Positions 44,023-51,112 of a stretch of DNA of 58,473 nt are shown piece by piece. Every line of letters starts with the position of its first letter. Position 1 is the first letter of the stretch. The notes under the pieces are model-generated. The model made no database searches. It was not told where the DNA came from and was given only the letters and a program-made list of their open reading frames with translations. The position numbers and the translations under genes were made by a program. The stretch comes from Nanobdellota archaeon. GTDB taxonomy: Archaea; Nanobdellota; Nanobdellia; SCGC-AAA011-G17; JAGVZF01. The stretch is from the NCBI GenBank assembly GCA_038046405.1, contig JBBSWI010000008.1:60939-119411 (forward strand), read 5' to 3'.

Positions 44023-44108
44023 GGGCCCATGGTCTAGTGGCTATGAAGAAATTAGCAAACACTGCTCTCACTCAGCAGAGATCGAGAGTTCGAATCTCTC
44101 TGGGCCCA
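44023..44108 (+). tRNA. tRNA-Val (anticodon CAC) with a 13-nt D-arm intron
   Basis: Acceptor GGGCCCA/TGGGCCC; anticodon stem CTGCT/AGCAG; loop CTCACTC (unusual U37); T-arm GAGAG-TTCGAAT-CTCTC. 86 nt in total, 73 nt after intron removal. Confidence 0.7.
44046..44058 (+). other. 13-nt intron in the D-stem 3' strand of tRNA-Val (about position 23/24, +/-1-2 nt)
   Basis: Relaxed BHB: outer helix GUG/CAC, central helix GCUA/UAGC, bulge AAA on the 3' side, no inner helix. Confidence 0.55.
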
Positions 44109-44132
44109 GACTTTTTAGGAAGATTTATATAC

Positions 44133-44158
44133 AAGATATGTCTTACTTATAAGATATG
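44133..44158 (+). promoter_or_regulatory. AAGATATG direct repeat flanking TCTTA-CTTA-TAAGA inverted repeat (putative operator of cassette 3; overlaps the ATG)
   Basis: ATTTATATA box at 44123-44131, about 25 nt upstream of the ATG at 44156, suggests a leaderless transcript. Confidence 0.35.
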
Positions 44159-44437
44159 GTTGTATTAAAGACACCTAGGAAAGAGAGTATAGAATTAGGT
44201 ACTATTAGCTCTAGAGGACAAATAGCTATACCTTCTAATATTAGAAATGAAATGGATTTAAAAGAAGGTGAAAAAGTATTGTTCTTATTATCTGGAGATA
44301 CTTTACTAGTAAAAAAAGTAACATCAAAAACATTTTCACATATTACCAAACCTCTAAAAGAAGAAGCCAGAAGAGTTGGTTTTAAAGAAAGTGAAGTCCC
44401 AAAAATTATAGCTGGGGTTAGAGCAAAGAAAAGATGA
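44156..44437 (+). CDS. AbrB/SpoVT-family antitoxin (cassette 3)
   Basis: ISSRGQIAIPSNIRNEM motif. Overlaps the PIN start (ATGA). Confidence 0.8.
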   Translation: MVVLKTPRKESIELGTISSRGQIAIPSNIRNEMDLKEGEKVLFLLSGDTLLVKKVTSKTFSHITKPLKEEARRVGFKESEVPKIIAGVRAKKR

Positions 44438-44844
44438 AAATTACAGTAGATACTAATGTCTTAGTATCGGCTACTTTCTGGTATGGTGACTCAAATAAAA
44501 TAATAGAAATGGTTGAAAATAAAAAAATTGTATTAATTCTTTCTAGACCAATACTGGAAGAGTATGTAGAAGTAATAAATTCAGAAGATGTTCAATCAAA
44601 AATAAAAAATAAGAAACTTATTTTTAAATATAGTACAGAAAGTCTAAACGCTTTAGCTGAAATTATTAACATAAAGTCTAAAATTAACATAGTAAAAGAA
44701 GATCCAGATGATAATAAAATTTTAGAATGTGCATTTGATGGCAGAGTAGACTATATTATAAGTAAAGATAATCATCTATTAAAATTAAAAGAATTTAGAG
44801 GTATAAAAATTATAAAACCAGAAGAAGCATTAGTATTATTTTAA
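44434..44844 (+). CDS. PIN-domain toxin (cassette 3)
   Basis: ITVDTNVLVSA..., EDPDDNKILECA..., YIISKDNHLL. Confidence 0.8.
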   Translation: MKITVDTNVLVSATFWYGDSNKIIEMVENKKIVLILSRPILEEYVEVINSEDVQSKIKNKKLIFKYSTESLNALAEIINIKSKINIVKEDPDDNKILECAFDGRVDYIISKDNHLLKLKEFRGIKIIKPEEALVLF

Positions 44845-44915
44845 CCCCCGCTTTATTTGAACTATATAAATCGCATTCGATATGTATTTAATATTTTCTT
44901 TGTTATTTCAACCTA

Positions 44916-44946
44916 TTCGAATCTCTAGCCATGTTCTCTGGGCCCA
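44916..44946 (+). repeat. composite scar of the tRNA-Val 3' end
   Basis: TTCGAATCTCT, then AGCCATG, then TTCTCTGGGCCCA (12/13 identical to T-stem 3' strand plus acceptor). Confidence 0.7.
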
Positions 44947-45008
44947 TATTTTAATAGAAAAATTTAATAATGCCTGATTATTCTTATATTTGAAAGAGGT
45001 GATTATGA

Positions 45009-45164
45009 TTGGTCATTAAAGTCAAGGAATTTCGAGTACACTTAGGTGTTTTAGACAATCAGGTTAATAGATTTATCGTGGAACACAGGATAAAAAAAAT
45101 AATCGACATAAAATATGTTGCTAATAGCATAGGGACATTCGCATTGCTTATATATGACGATTAG
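45009..45164 (+). CDS. small Cse60-like protein (51 aa, TTG start)
   Basis: GAGGTGA SD 6 nt upstream. (M)VIKVKEFRVHLGVLDNQVNRFIVEHRIKKIIDIKYVANSIGTFALLIYDD resembles the Cse60/DUF2758-type small-protein pattern. Confidence 0.3.
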   Translation: MVIKVKEFRVHLGVLDNQVNRFIVEHRIKKIIDIKYVANSIGTFALLIYDD

Positions 45165-46155
45165 CTCTGCTTTTCTTGGTTAATTTCTCTACTAACTCGC
45201 AGACCTTGCATAAAATGCCCGAACAAGGCTCATTGCAATTAGCGCAGTATTTCAATTTGGAGTCTTCATTTTTGTATTTTTGCTTGAGCAGAGGAAGCAT
45301 TTCCATATAGCTGTTTATTATGCCATATTTTGTTCCTGGATGTTTGTTTTCAAATTCATTCAAGATATCCCTTATTTCGCCACGATACGAAAACTTTGCA
45401 TTGGGACACTCTACAAAGTCATTGCTGGCGAAGCCCTTTAAATAAGCATAGAGCATCACTTCCTTTTCTGTCATAAAATACAATGGCTTAATCCTTGGAA
45501 TAAATGCCTTGTTTCTTATTATTCCTGTCAAGGGGCCCATCCTTGCATTTAAAGCAACATTGTTTCGGAACTGGTTCATTAAAATTGCTTGGGATTCGTC
45601 ATCTAGGTTATGGCCTGTTGCCAATTTTGTTGCTTTTAACTCGCGGGATTTTTTATTGAGCAAATATCTTCTAAATACCCCGCACATCGCGCATGGAATC
45701 ATGGCTGATTTTTTGGTCATTTCATCCAGAGTCATGCCGAATTCTTCTTTATAGCTGCATATATCAAGTTCTATATTGTATGCTTTGCAGAATTTCTTTG
45801 CATCCTTAATTGTTTTGTTCCTGTAACCTTTAATGCCTTCATCTATCAACAGCGATTTTAAGGAAAAATTCCTGTTCATTGTGCTTAACTTGTTCAATAA
45901 ATAAAGCAACGACAAAGAATCCTTGCCACCAGAAATTCCTGCTACTACCTTGTCATTGTTTTCTATAAGCTTATATTTGGATATTGTCTTGAACACTTTT
46001 CTTTCAAAATACTTGGTGAAATCGTTTCTACAGAGTTTTCTGCCAGAAATCAATGTTATTACAGGATTTTTCTCGCAAGCTTTGCAGGCCATAAAGATGC
46101 TATTTTGATATGGTTTAAAAACATATTCTTTACAAAGCCCTTTGCTGGAAAACAT
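45148..46155 (-). CDS. PP-loop ATPase of the TtuA/NcsA tRNA 2-thiolation family
   Basis: VAGISGGKDS PP-loop, N-terminal CKAC..LC and C-terminal CANC..CKVC zinc fingers. The start may be the ATG at 46092. Confidence 0.75.
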   Translation of the reverse strand: MFSSKGLCKEYVFKPYQNSIFMACKACEKNPVITLISGRKLCRNDFTKYFERKVFKTISKYKLIENNDKVVAGISGGKDSLSLLYLLNKLSTMNRNFSLKSLLIDEGIKGYRNKTIKDAKKFCKAYNIELDICSYKEEFGMTLDEMTKKSAMIPCAMCGVFRRYLLNKKSRELKATKLATGHNLDDESQAILMNQFRNNVALNARMGPLTGIIRNKAFIPRIKPLYFMTEKEVMLYAYLKGFASNDFVECPNAKFSYRGEIRDILNEFENKHPGTKYGIINSYMEMLPLLKQKYKNEDSKLKYCANCNEPCSGILCKVCELVEKLTKKSRANRHI

Positions 46156-46195
46156 AGATTTATAAACAATAATTTATTAACTTAGAAACCTTAAA

Positions 46196-46642
46196 ATGGC
46201 AAACTATAGCGAAGAAATCAACCAGAATATGTACAACTATCTGCATGAAATTGCGGTTCAGAAGTTTGGTGCTGATGAGGCTGATGACTTAACAGGGACG
46301 GCTGTTTTGAATACATTGATGCTAAGACAGCATTTTCCAGGTAAGTCGATAGAGAGATTACTGCAAGAATCATTGGGGATTGCGGCAGCTTCAATGTACT
46401 TTTTAAGAACCACCGAAAAAGAAGGGCTAACAAAACTAAAAAACAAGGGCTATGATGAACTTACTAGCATATTAAGGAGAAATATTGGCAATTTAAGCGA
46501 CATGGAAAGAGTAATAGCCCAGGAATTAATGGAAGGCACTAAACCAGAGAAAATAGCAGACAAGCATAAAGTGAGCGAGTCTTGCATAAAAAGCTATATC
46601 GGAATGATAAGCGATGGAATAGACGGATGCATTTATCAATAA
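46196..46642 (+). CDS. sigma-70/LuxR-like HTH protein (region-2-like N-terminus plus region-4-like C-terminus)
   Basis: LSDMERVIAQELMEGTKPEKIADKHKVSESCIKSYI resembles sigma70_r4 / LuxR HTH. The N-terminus ...ADEADDLTGTAVLNTLM is weakly region-2-like. Confidence 0.45.
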   Translation: MANYSEEINQNMYNYLHEIAVQKFGADEADDLTGTAVLNTLMLRQHFPGKSIERLLQESLGIAAASMYFLRTTEKEGLTKLKNKGYDELTSILRRNIGNLSDMERVIAQELMEGTKPEKIADKHKVSESCIKSYIGMISDGIDGCIYQ

Positions 46643-47661
46643 TGTCACTAAACGAGAATTTCAAAGGTTTTATTGGAAAAGAGATTTTCACTGATATTCT
46701 AGGACAGGACTCTACCAAGAGGCAATTGCTTTCAGGGTTATTGGTTTCTAGGCATTTGATTATTGTAGGGCCTCCTGGTATAGGGAAGACTACCCTTGCC
46801 AAAAATGTGGCGAAATTACTTCCGGATTTAATAGTAAATGACTGCAATTTTAATTGCCTTCCAGAAGAACCTTTATGCCCTGAATGCAAAAGCAACAAGA
46901 CAAAAAAAACTAAAAAGATTAGGGGCATAGAAAGATTTGTAAGAGTTCAAGGCTCTCCTGACTTGACTGTGGAAGACTTACTTGGGGACATAGATCCCAT
47001 AAAGGCATTGAAATTCGGGCCTTTGAGCGTGGATGCTTTCACTCCGGGAAAGATATTCAAGGCAAACAATGGAGTTTTGTTCTTTGATGAAATCAATAGG
47101 GCGCCTGAAAAACTGCAGAATGCCCTGCTCGAGATTCTAGAGGAGAAAAAAGCAACCCTTGGAAGCTATGATGTAGAGTTCCCCGCAAATTTCATATTAA
47201 TTGGCAGCATGAATCCAGAAGACTTTGCAGGCACAGAAAAACTTTCAGAGGTTTTCTTAGACAGATTTGATATAATCTACATGCACTATCCTGAAAACAT
47301 TGAAATTGAACGGAATATAGTAAAATTGAAGTCAAAAACATTCAAGGAAATCAAGTTCAATGAAAACTTGCTTAACAATGCGCTGGATTTTATTGGCCAT
47401 TTAAGAAACCACAAAGACATTGAGAGAGCTCCTAGCGTGAGGGTTTCTATTGGATTGTATGAAAGAGCCCAGAGCAATGCGTTAATAGCCGGAAGGAAAG
47501 AAGTAATCAAACAAGATATCCAGGAAGCTTTAATCTCTGTGCTGAGCCACAGAATAAGGCTGAAGCCGAGCGTAAAATACCTGATCAGCAATGAAGAGTT
47601 CATAAAAAAAGAAGCAAAAGAATTTCTAGACTTAAAAGAATCAAGTGGTGATTTACCGTAG
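46642..47661 (+). CDS. ChlI/BchI (MoxR-related) AAA+ ATPase with a Cys4 insertion
   Basis: Walker A VGPPGIGKTT, CNFNC...CPEC, Walker B VLFFDEINR, GSMNPEDFAG..LSEVFLDRF. The start overlaps the upstream stop (TAATG). Confidence 0.8.
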   Translation: MSLNENFKGFIGKEIFTDILGQDSTKRQLLSGLLVSRHLIIVGPPGIGKTTLAKNVAKLLPDLIVNDCNFNCLPEEPLCPECKSNKTKKTKKIRGIERFVRVQGSPDLTVEDLLGDIDPIKALKFGPLSVDAFTPGKIFKANNGVLFFDEINRAPEKLQNALLEILEEKKATLGSYDVEFPANFILIGSMNPEDFAGTEKLSEVFLDRFDIIYMHYPENIEIERNIVKLKSKTFKEIKFNENLLNNALDFIGHLRNHKDIERAPSVRVSIGLYERAQSNALIAGRKEVIKQDIQEALISVLSHRIRLKPSVKYLISNEEFIKKEAKEFLDLKESSGDLP

Positions 47662-48838
47662 CGCTGAAGAAGAGACTGAATTCAATCAAGTAAAGCCGCT
47701 GAAGGAAAAGAAAGGCAAGCTCCAATCTCAAGAAGAAGAGAAATTAATGCACAGCATTCTTGAAAATGACAAGAAAAGAATAGACCAAGGCCATATCATT
47801 TTCGATTCGATAAATCAAGGACTTTTTTCTTTCAACCCAGACATGATGATGGAGCATTTAGTAAGAAATTACAGCATGGCAAAGCAGCTATACGGGGAAA
47901 CTTTTCTTAAGGCAATAACTGGCTATGACGAATCTTCTTTGGCCAGGAACTTAAGAATTCCCGAATTCCAGAAAGAGCTTAGGAAGAAGATAAACCAGAA
48001 TGTAGAGGATCTAAAGTATGAGGATTTTATAGACCGAGATAATGAGCTTACAGAAAAAGGAATTAAGCTGGCTGCATTGACTTTGTATAGGGAAGAATTA
48101 AACAATCTTATGGCAAAGGGTCTTATAGGCGAGAAAAAGTCAGAGAGGATTTCCCATTACGGAAGCCCATTTGAATTTAGGCAATTCAAGAAGGGAGACA
48201 GGTATAAGGACATTGCATTAAAGAAATCAGTCAAGACAGCGATAAGAAAAAAGCACATTGCAATAGAAAAGGAAGACCTTCAGGTTATGAGGAGAGAAGG
48301 CAAAGGAAAAATATGCATTATCTATGCTCTAGACGCTTCCGGCTCCATGAGGGGAAACAAAATAGAACTATGCAAAAAAGCTGGCGTGGCGCTTGCATTT
48401 AAGGCAATACAAGAGCATGATGAAGTTGGCTTAATTGTTTTTGGATCTGGCGTAGACAAGATAGTAAGACCCAGCACTGATTTCATGAATCTGCTCAAGG
48501 AAATAACAACAATAAGGGCAAAGAAAGAAACTAATATTGCATTAACAATAAAAAAATCCATTGAAATATTTCCTGGCAACAAAGACATCACAAAACACTT
48601 AATAATAATCACTGATGGATTGCCAACTCATGGAGAAGACCCTGAAAAAGAAACTCTTGAAGCTGTAAATGAGGCAATTTTTAATGGAATTACTGTTTCG
48701 GTAATAGGAGTAAATCTCGATGAGAAAGGAAAGGCTTTAAGCGAGAAAATTGCGCAGCTCGGACAGGGCAAGATATACATTGTAAGGGATTTAAAGAATC
48801 TAGATACTATAGTGCTGCAGGATTATTACGCTTTGTGA
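47645..48838 (+). CDS. vWA (von Willebrand A) domain protein, ChlD-C-terminal-like, with an uncharacterised roughly 230-aa N-terminal region
   Basis: MIDAS LDASGSM...IIITDGLPT. The GTG start overlaps the ATPase 3' end by 17 nt. Confidence 0.75.
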   Translation: MVIYRSAEEETEFNQVKPLKEKKGKLQSQEEEKLMHSILENDKKRIDQGHIIFDSINQGLFSFNPDMMMEHLVRNYSMAKQLYGETFLKAITGYDESSLARNLRIPEFQKELRKKINQNVEDLKYEDFIDRDNELTEKGIKLAALTLYREELNNLMAKGLIGEKKSERISHYGSPFEFRQFKKGDRYKDIALKKSVKTAIRKKHIAIEKEDLQVMRREGKGKICIIYALDASGSMRGNKIELCKKAGVALAFKAIQEHDEVGLIVFGSGVDKIVRPSTDFMNLLKEITTIRAKKETNIALTIKKSIEIFPGNKDITKHLIIITDGLPTHGEDPEKETLEAVNEAIFNGITVSVIGVNLDEKGKALSEKIAQLGQGKIYIVRDLKNLDTIVLQDYYAL

Positions 48839-49818
48839 CTTCTTTTTTTCTTTGGAATAAATGCAATAGCAACCAGTATTATTATGATTATTGCCGTTAT
48901 TAGAATAGAGCCGGTCTTGTTTATCTTGCTAGGGTTGCTAGGAGTTGCTCCGCAATCCCCATTTTGATCAGCGCAGAGTTGATTTTTTTCTAAATCCTCA
49001 GATGTAGGCTGAATCATATCCTCTGATTTTGCTAATGATAAGTCAAGATTTAATTCAGCCCTCTTATTTGCAGCTATGTTAATTGCGCTATCTGCCATGG
49101 ACATATCACTGTTTATTGCATAAACTCTATAACTATCTGCTTTTGCAAAGATAAGCATTGGAGACTTTCCAAGTATCAATTCATTTAAAGCAACATCAAG
49201 GTTTGATGGCTCAGTAGTTATAAAGTATGAACCGAACTCTTGTTTTGATTTTTCTGAAGTTTCTATTTCTATTTTAATATAAGTAGTTACCGACTCCTGG
49301 ACCTCGATTTTTTGGGATGCTGAATAGTATCCTTTTTTTGAGACCATCACTTGATGATCACCAAGAGTTGTTGAAACTAAGGAAGGGCTTGTTCCTATCA
49401 AGGCGCCGTCTAAATAGATTTTCGAGTCAGGCAAATCAGTGTCTATCAAAACAAGGCTTTGCTTTAACTGCTCATTATTTAAGGGAGTCTTTATAAATAA
49501 TTTTAATATTTTTTCAGGCAATGCCGCAAAATAAAATGAAATCTCTTGGTAGCCCTCTTTTTTCAGCGTTAATTTATAGGTTCCTGTTTTTAGATGGTCT
49601 ATTGTTATTGGGCTTGTACCCTTTAATACATCGCCTATATACACATTAGAGCCGCCAGGATTTACATTAATGTAAACAGATGTTTCTTGATTCAAATCTG
49701 TGAAAGCGAGCCCAAGAATCTTGTTGTTTGTTTGGTAGTTTATTAGAAACAATGATATTAAAACAAAACCGATTGCCAGAATAGAGACAAAAATAAGATC
49801 AATTTTTTTCATGAGCAT
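48826..49818 (-). CDS. PEGA-domain surface protein with N- and C-terminal TM anchors
   Basis: VYINVNPGGSNVYIGDVLKGTSPITIDHLKTGTYKLTLKKEGYQE and IYLDGALIGTSP...GDHQVMVSKKGY PEGA repeats. Confidence 0.7.
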   Translation of the reverse strand: MLMKKIDLIFVSILAIGFVLISLFLINYQTNNKILGLAFTDLNQETSVYINVNPGGSNVYIGDVLKGTSPITIDHLKTGTYKLTLKKEGYQEISFYFAALPEKILKLFIKTPLNNEQLKQSLVLIDTDLPDSKIYLDGALIGTSPSLVSTTLGDHQVMVSKKGYYSASQKIEVQESVTTYIKIEIETSEKSKQEFGSYFITTEPSNLDVALNELILGKSPMLIFAKADSYRVYAINSDMSMADSAINIAANKRAELNLDLSLAKSEDMIQPTSEDLEKNQLCADQNGDCGATPSNPSKINKTGSILITAIIIIILVAIAFIPKKKRSHKA

Positions 49819-49909
49819 TACCTCTTTTTACTATTGTAACATATACTGATATAAAAAGCTTATGTAATCCCATATAAAAGAAAAAAGGAAAAGGCATTAT
49901 TGTTTCTTT

Positions 49910-50053
49910 TTATTTAGCCTGCGGAGGAGTACTTGCTGCCGGAGGCATTTTGTTTTCCTTCAAATGTCCCTTCTTCTTTGCCCACCACACTATCAAGAAT
50001 GCTATCACTACAATCAATAAAATCCATATCAACCACGTGTTTGTTGTTGCCAT
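49910..50053 (-). CDS. small single-pass membrane protein (47 aa)
   Basis: GAGGTGA SD 4 nt upstream of the ATG. MATTNTWLIWILLIVVIAFLIVWWAKKKGH... Lies directly downstream of trmB. Confidence 0.45.
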   Translation of the reverse strand: MATTNTWLIWILLIVVIAFLIVWWAKKKGHLKENKMPPAASTPPQAK

Positions 50054-50087
50054 TTACTCACCTCTTTTAGTTTTTAGGAGAATTTAT

Positions 50088-50909
50088 TTATTTATTTGCT
50101 GTTTTTTCTGCCGGCTCAAGTTCTCTCCATGTTTGGTTAAACAAGTTTTCAAGAGCACCCGCAAAGAAAGGCGTGTTAACCCATATTCCTATATCATATG
50201 TTGGATGCACGTCTTTATCATCCATCAGCATAAACATCAATTCCTTGCTATCTATGATGCAGAAACGACCGTCCATCCCCTTTAAGTGCCTTACATCGGC
50301 AAATTTTGAGATTTCCTTCAGTGCAGGAGCGGTGTCTTTTGACATAGGCGCTGCAATTCTTATCTTAACATCCTTTTTAGCCAGCTTCTCAAATATTGGG
50401 CCTAATGACTCTATCTTTCTCAAGAATCCTTTGTTAGTGGTCATTATAGTAACGGATTTATCTGCTTTTTTTACCATCAATTCAAGATGGTTATAGATAT
50501 TATGCCTTGACCTTATTGCACCGCTTAAATCTGTTGGTTCTACGAACTCGATGCCTTGCTTATGCAAAACATTTAATTCATTAAGAACATCTGTGTTGCT
50601 TAATTCCTTGAGTTTCTGTATATTAAAATCTGCATATTCCCTGATATTCTTTTTTACCCTGTCTATTACTTCGCAAGGATCAACTGCAAGATACTTAATT
50701 GGCTTTCCTAACTTCATGACAACGAATCCTTTCTTTTCAAGAGACTCGAGAACATCATAGGCTCTAGACCTTGGAACATTTCCTATATCGCTCAACTCTC
50801 CTGCTGTAGAAACACCTCGAGAAAGCAACGCAGTCCAGATTCTTGCCTCATATAAGTTAAGACCGAAAATTTGCCTTAATTTTGTTAAAAATTCTTCTTT
50901 GACTATCAT
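50088..50909 (-). CDS. trmB: TrmB family transcriptional regulator
   Basis: LYEARIWTALLSRGVSTAGELSDIGNVPRSRAYDVLESLEKKGFV wHTH plus TrmB C-terminal domain. Confidence 0.85.
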   Translation of the reverse strand: MIVKEEFLTKLRQIFGLNLYEARIWTALLSRGVSTAGELSDIGNVPRSRAYDVLESLEKKGFVVMKLGKPIKYLAVDPCEVIDRVKKNIREYADFNIQKLKELSNTDVLNELNVLHKQGIEFVEPTDLSGAIRSRHNIYNHLELMVKKADKSVTIMTTNKGFLRKIESLGPIFEKLAKKDVKIRIAAPMSKDTAPALKEISKFADVRHLKGMDGRFCIIDSKELMFMLMDDKDVHPTYDIGIWVNTPFFAGALENLFNQTWRELEPAEKTANK

Positions 50910-51112
50910 TAAGACAACCTCCTAAGAGCACCTCTTTTGTTTTTGATGTTTTTACCCAATAACAATGCTATACTTTCTTTACTATCACTTGGATATAAAT
51001 ACTACTATGTTTGAATTACTACTATATAAAGATTATTATAGTAAAAGTTATATTTTTAACTTTTTTGTTTTTTGTTTTGTATTCGGAAAATTTGCCGTAA
51101 TTTTAGCATATT

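Larger units (their letters stand above)
44109..44946 (+). mobile_element. tRNA-Val-linked AbrB-PIN cassette bounded by a partial copy of the tRNA 3' end (integrase-less)
   Basis: The left border is the tRNA-Val 3' end. The right border at 44916-44946 repeats its last roughly 20 nt. Confidence 0.5.

Noticed and set aside
44003-44071. N-terminal 23 codons of the minus-strand zinc-ribbon ORF
   Set aside because: They overlap tRNA-Val. An internal ATG at 44002 gives a compact ORF clear of the tRNA.
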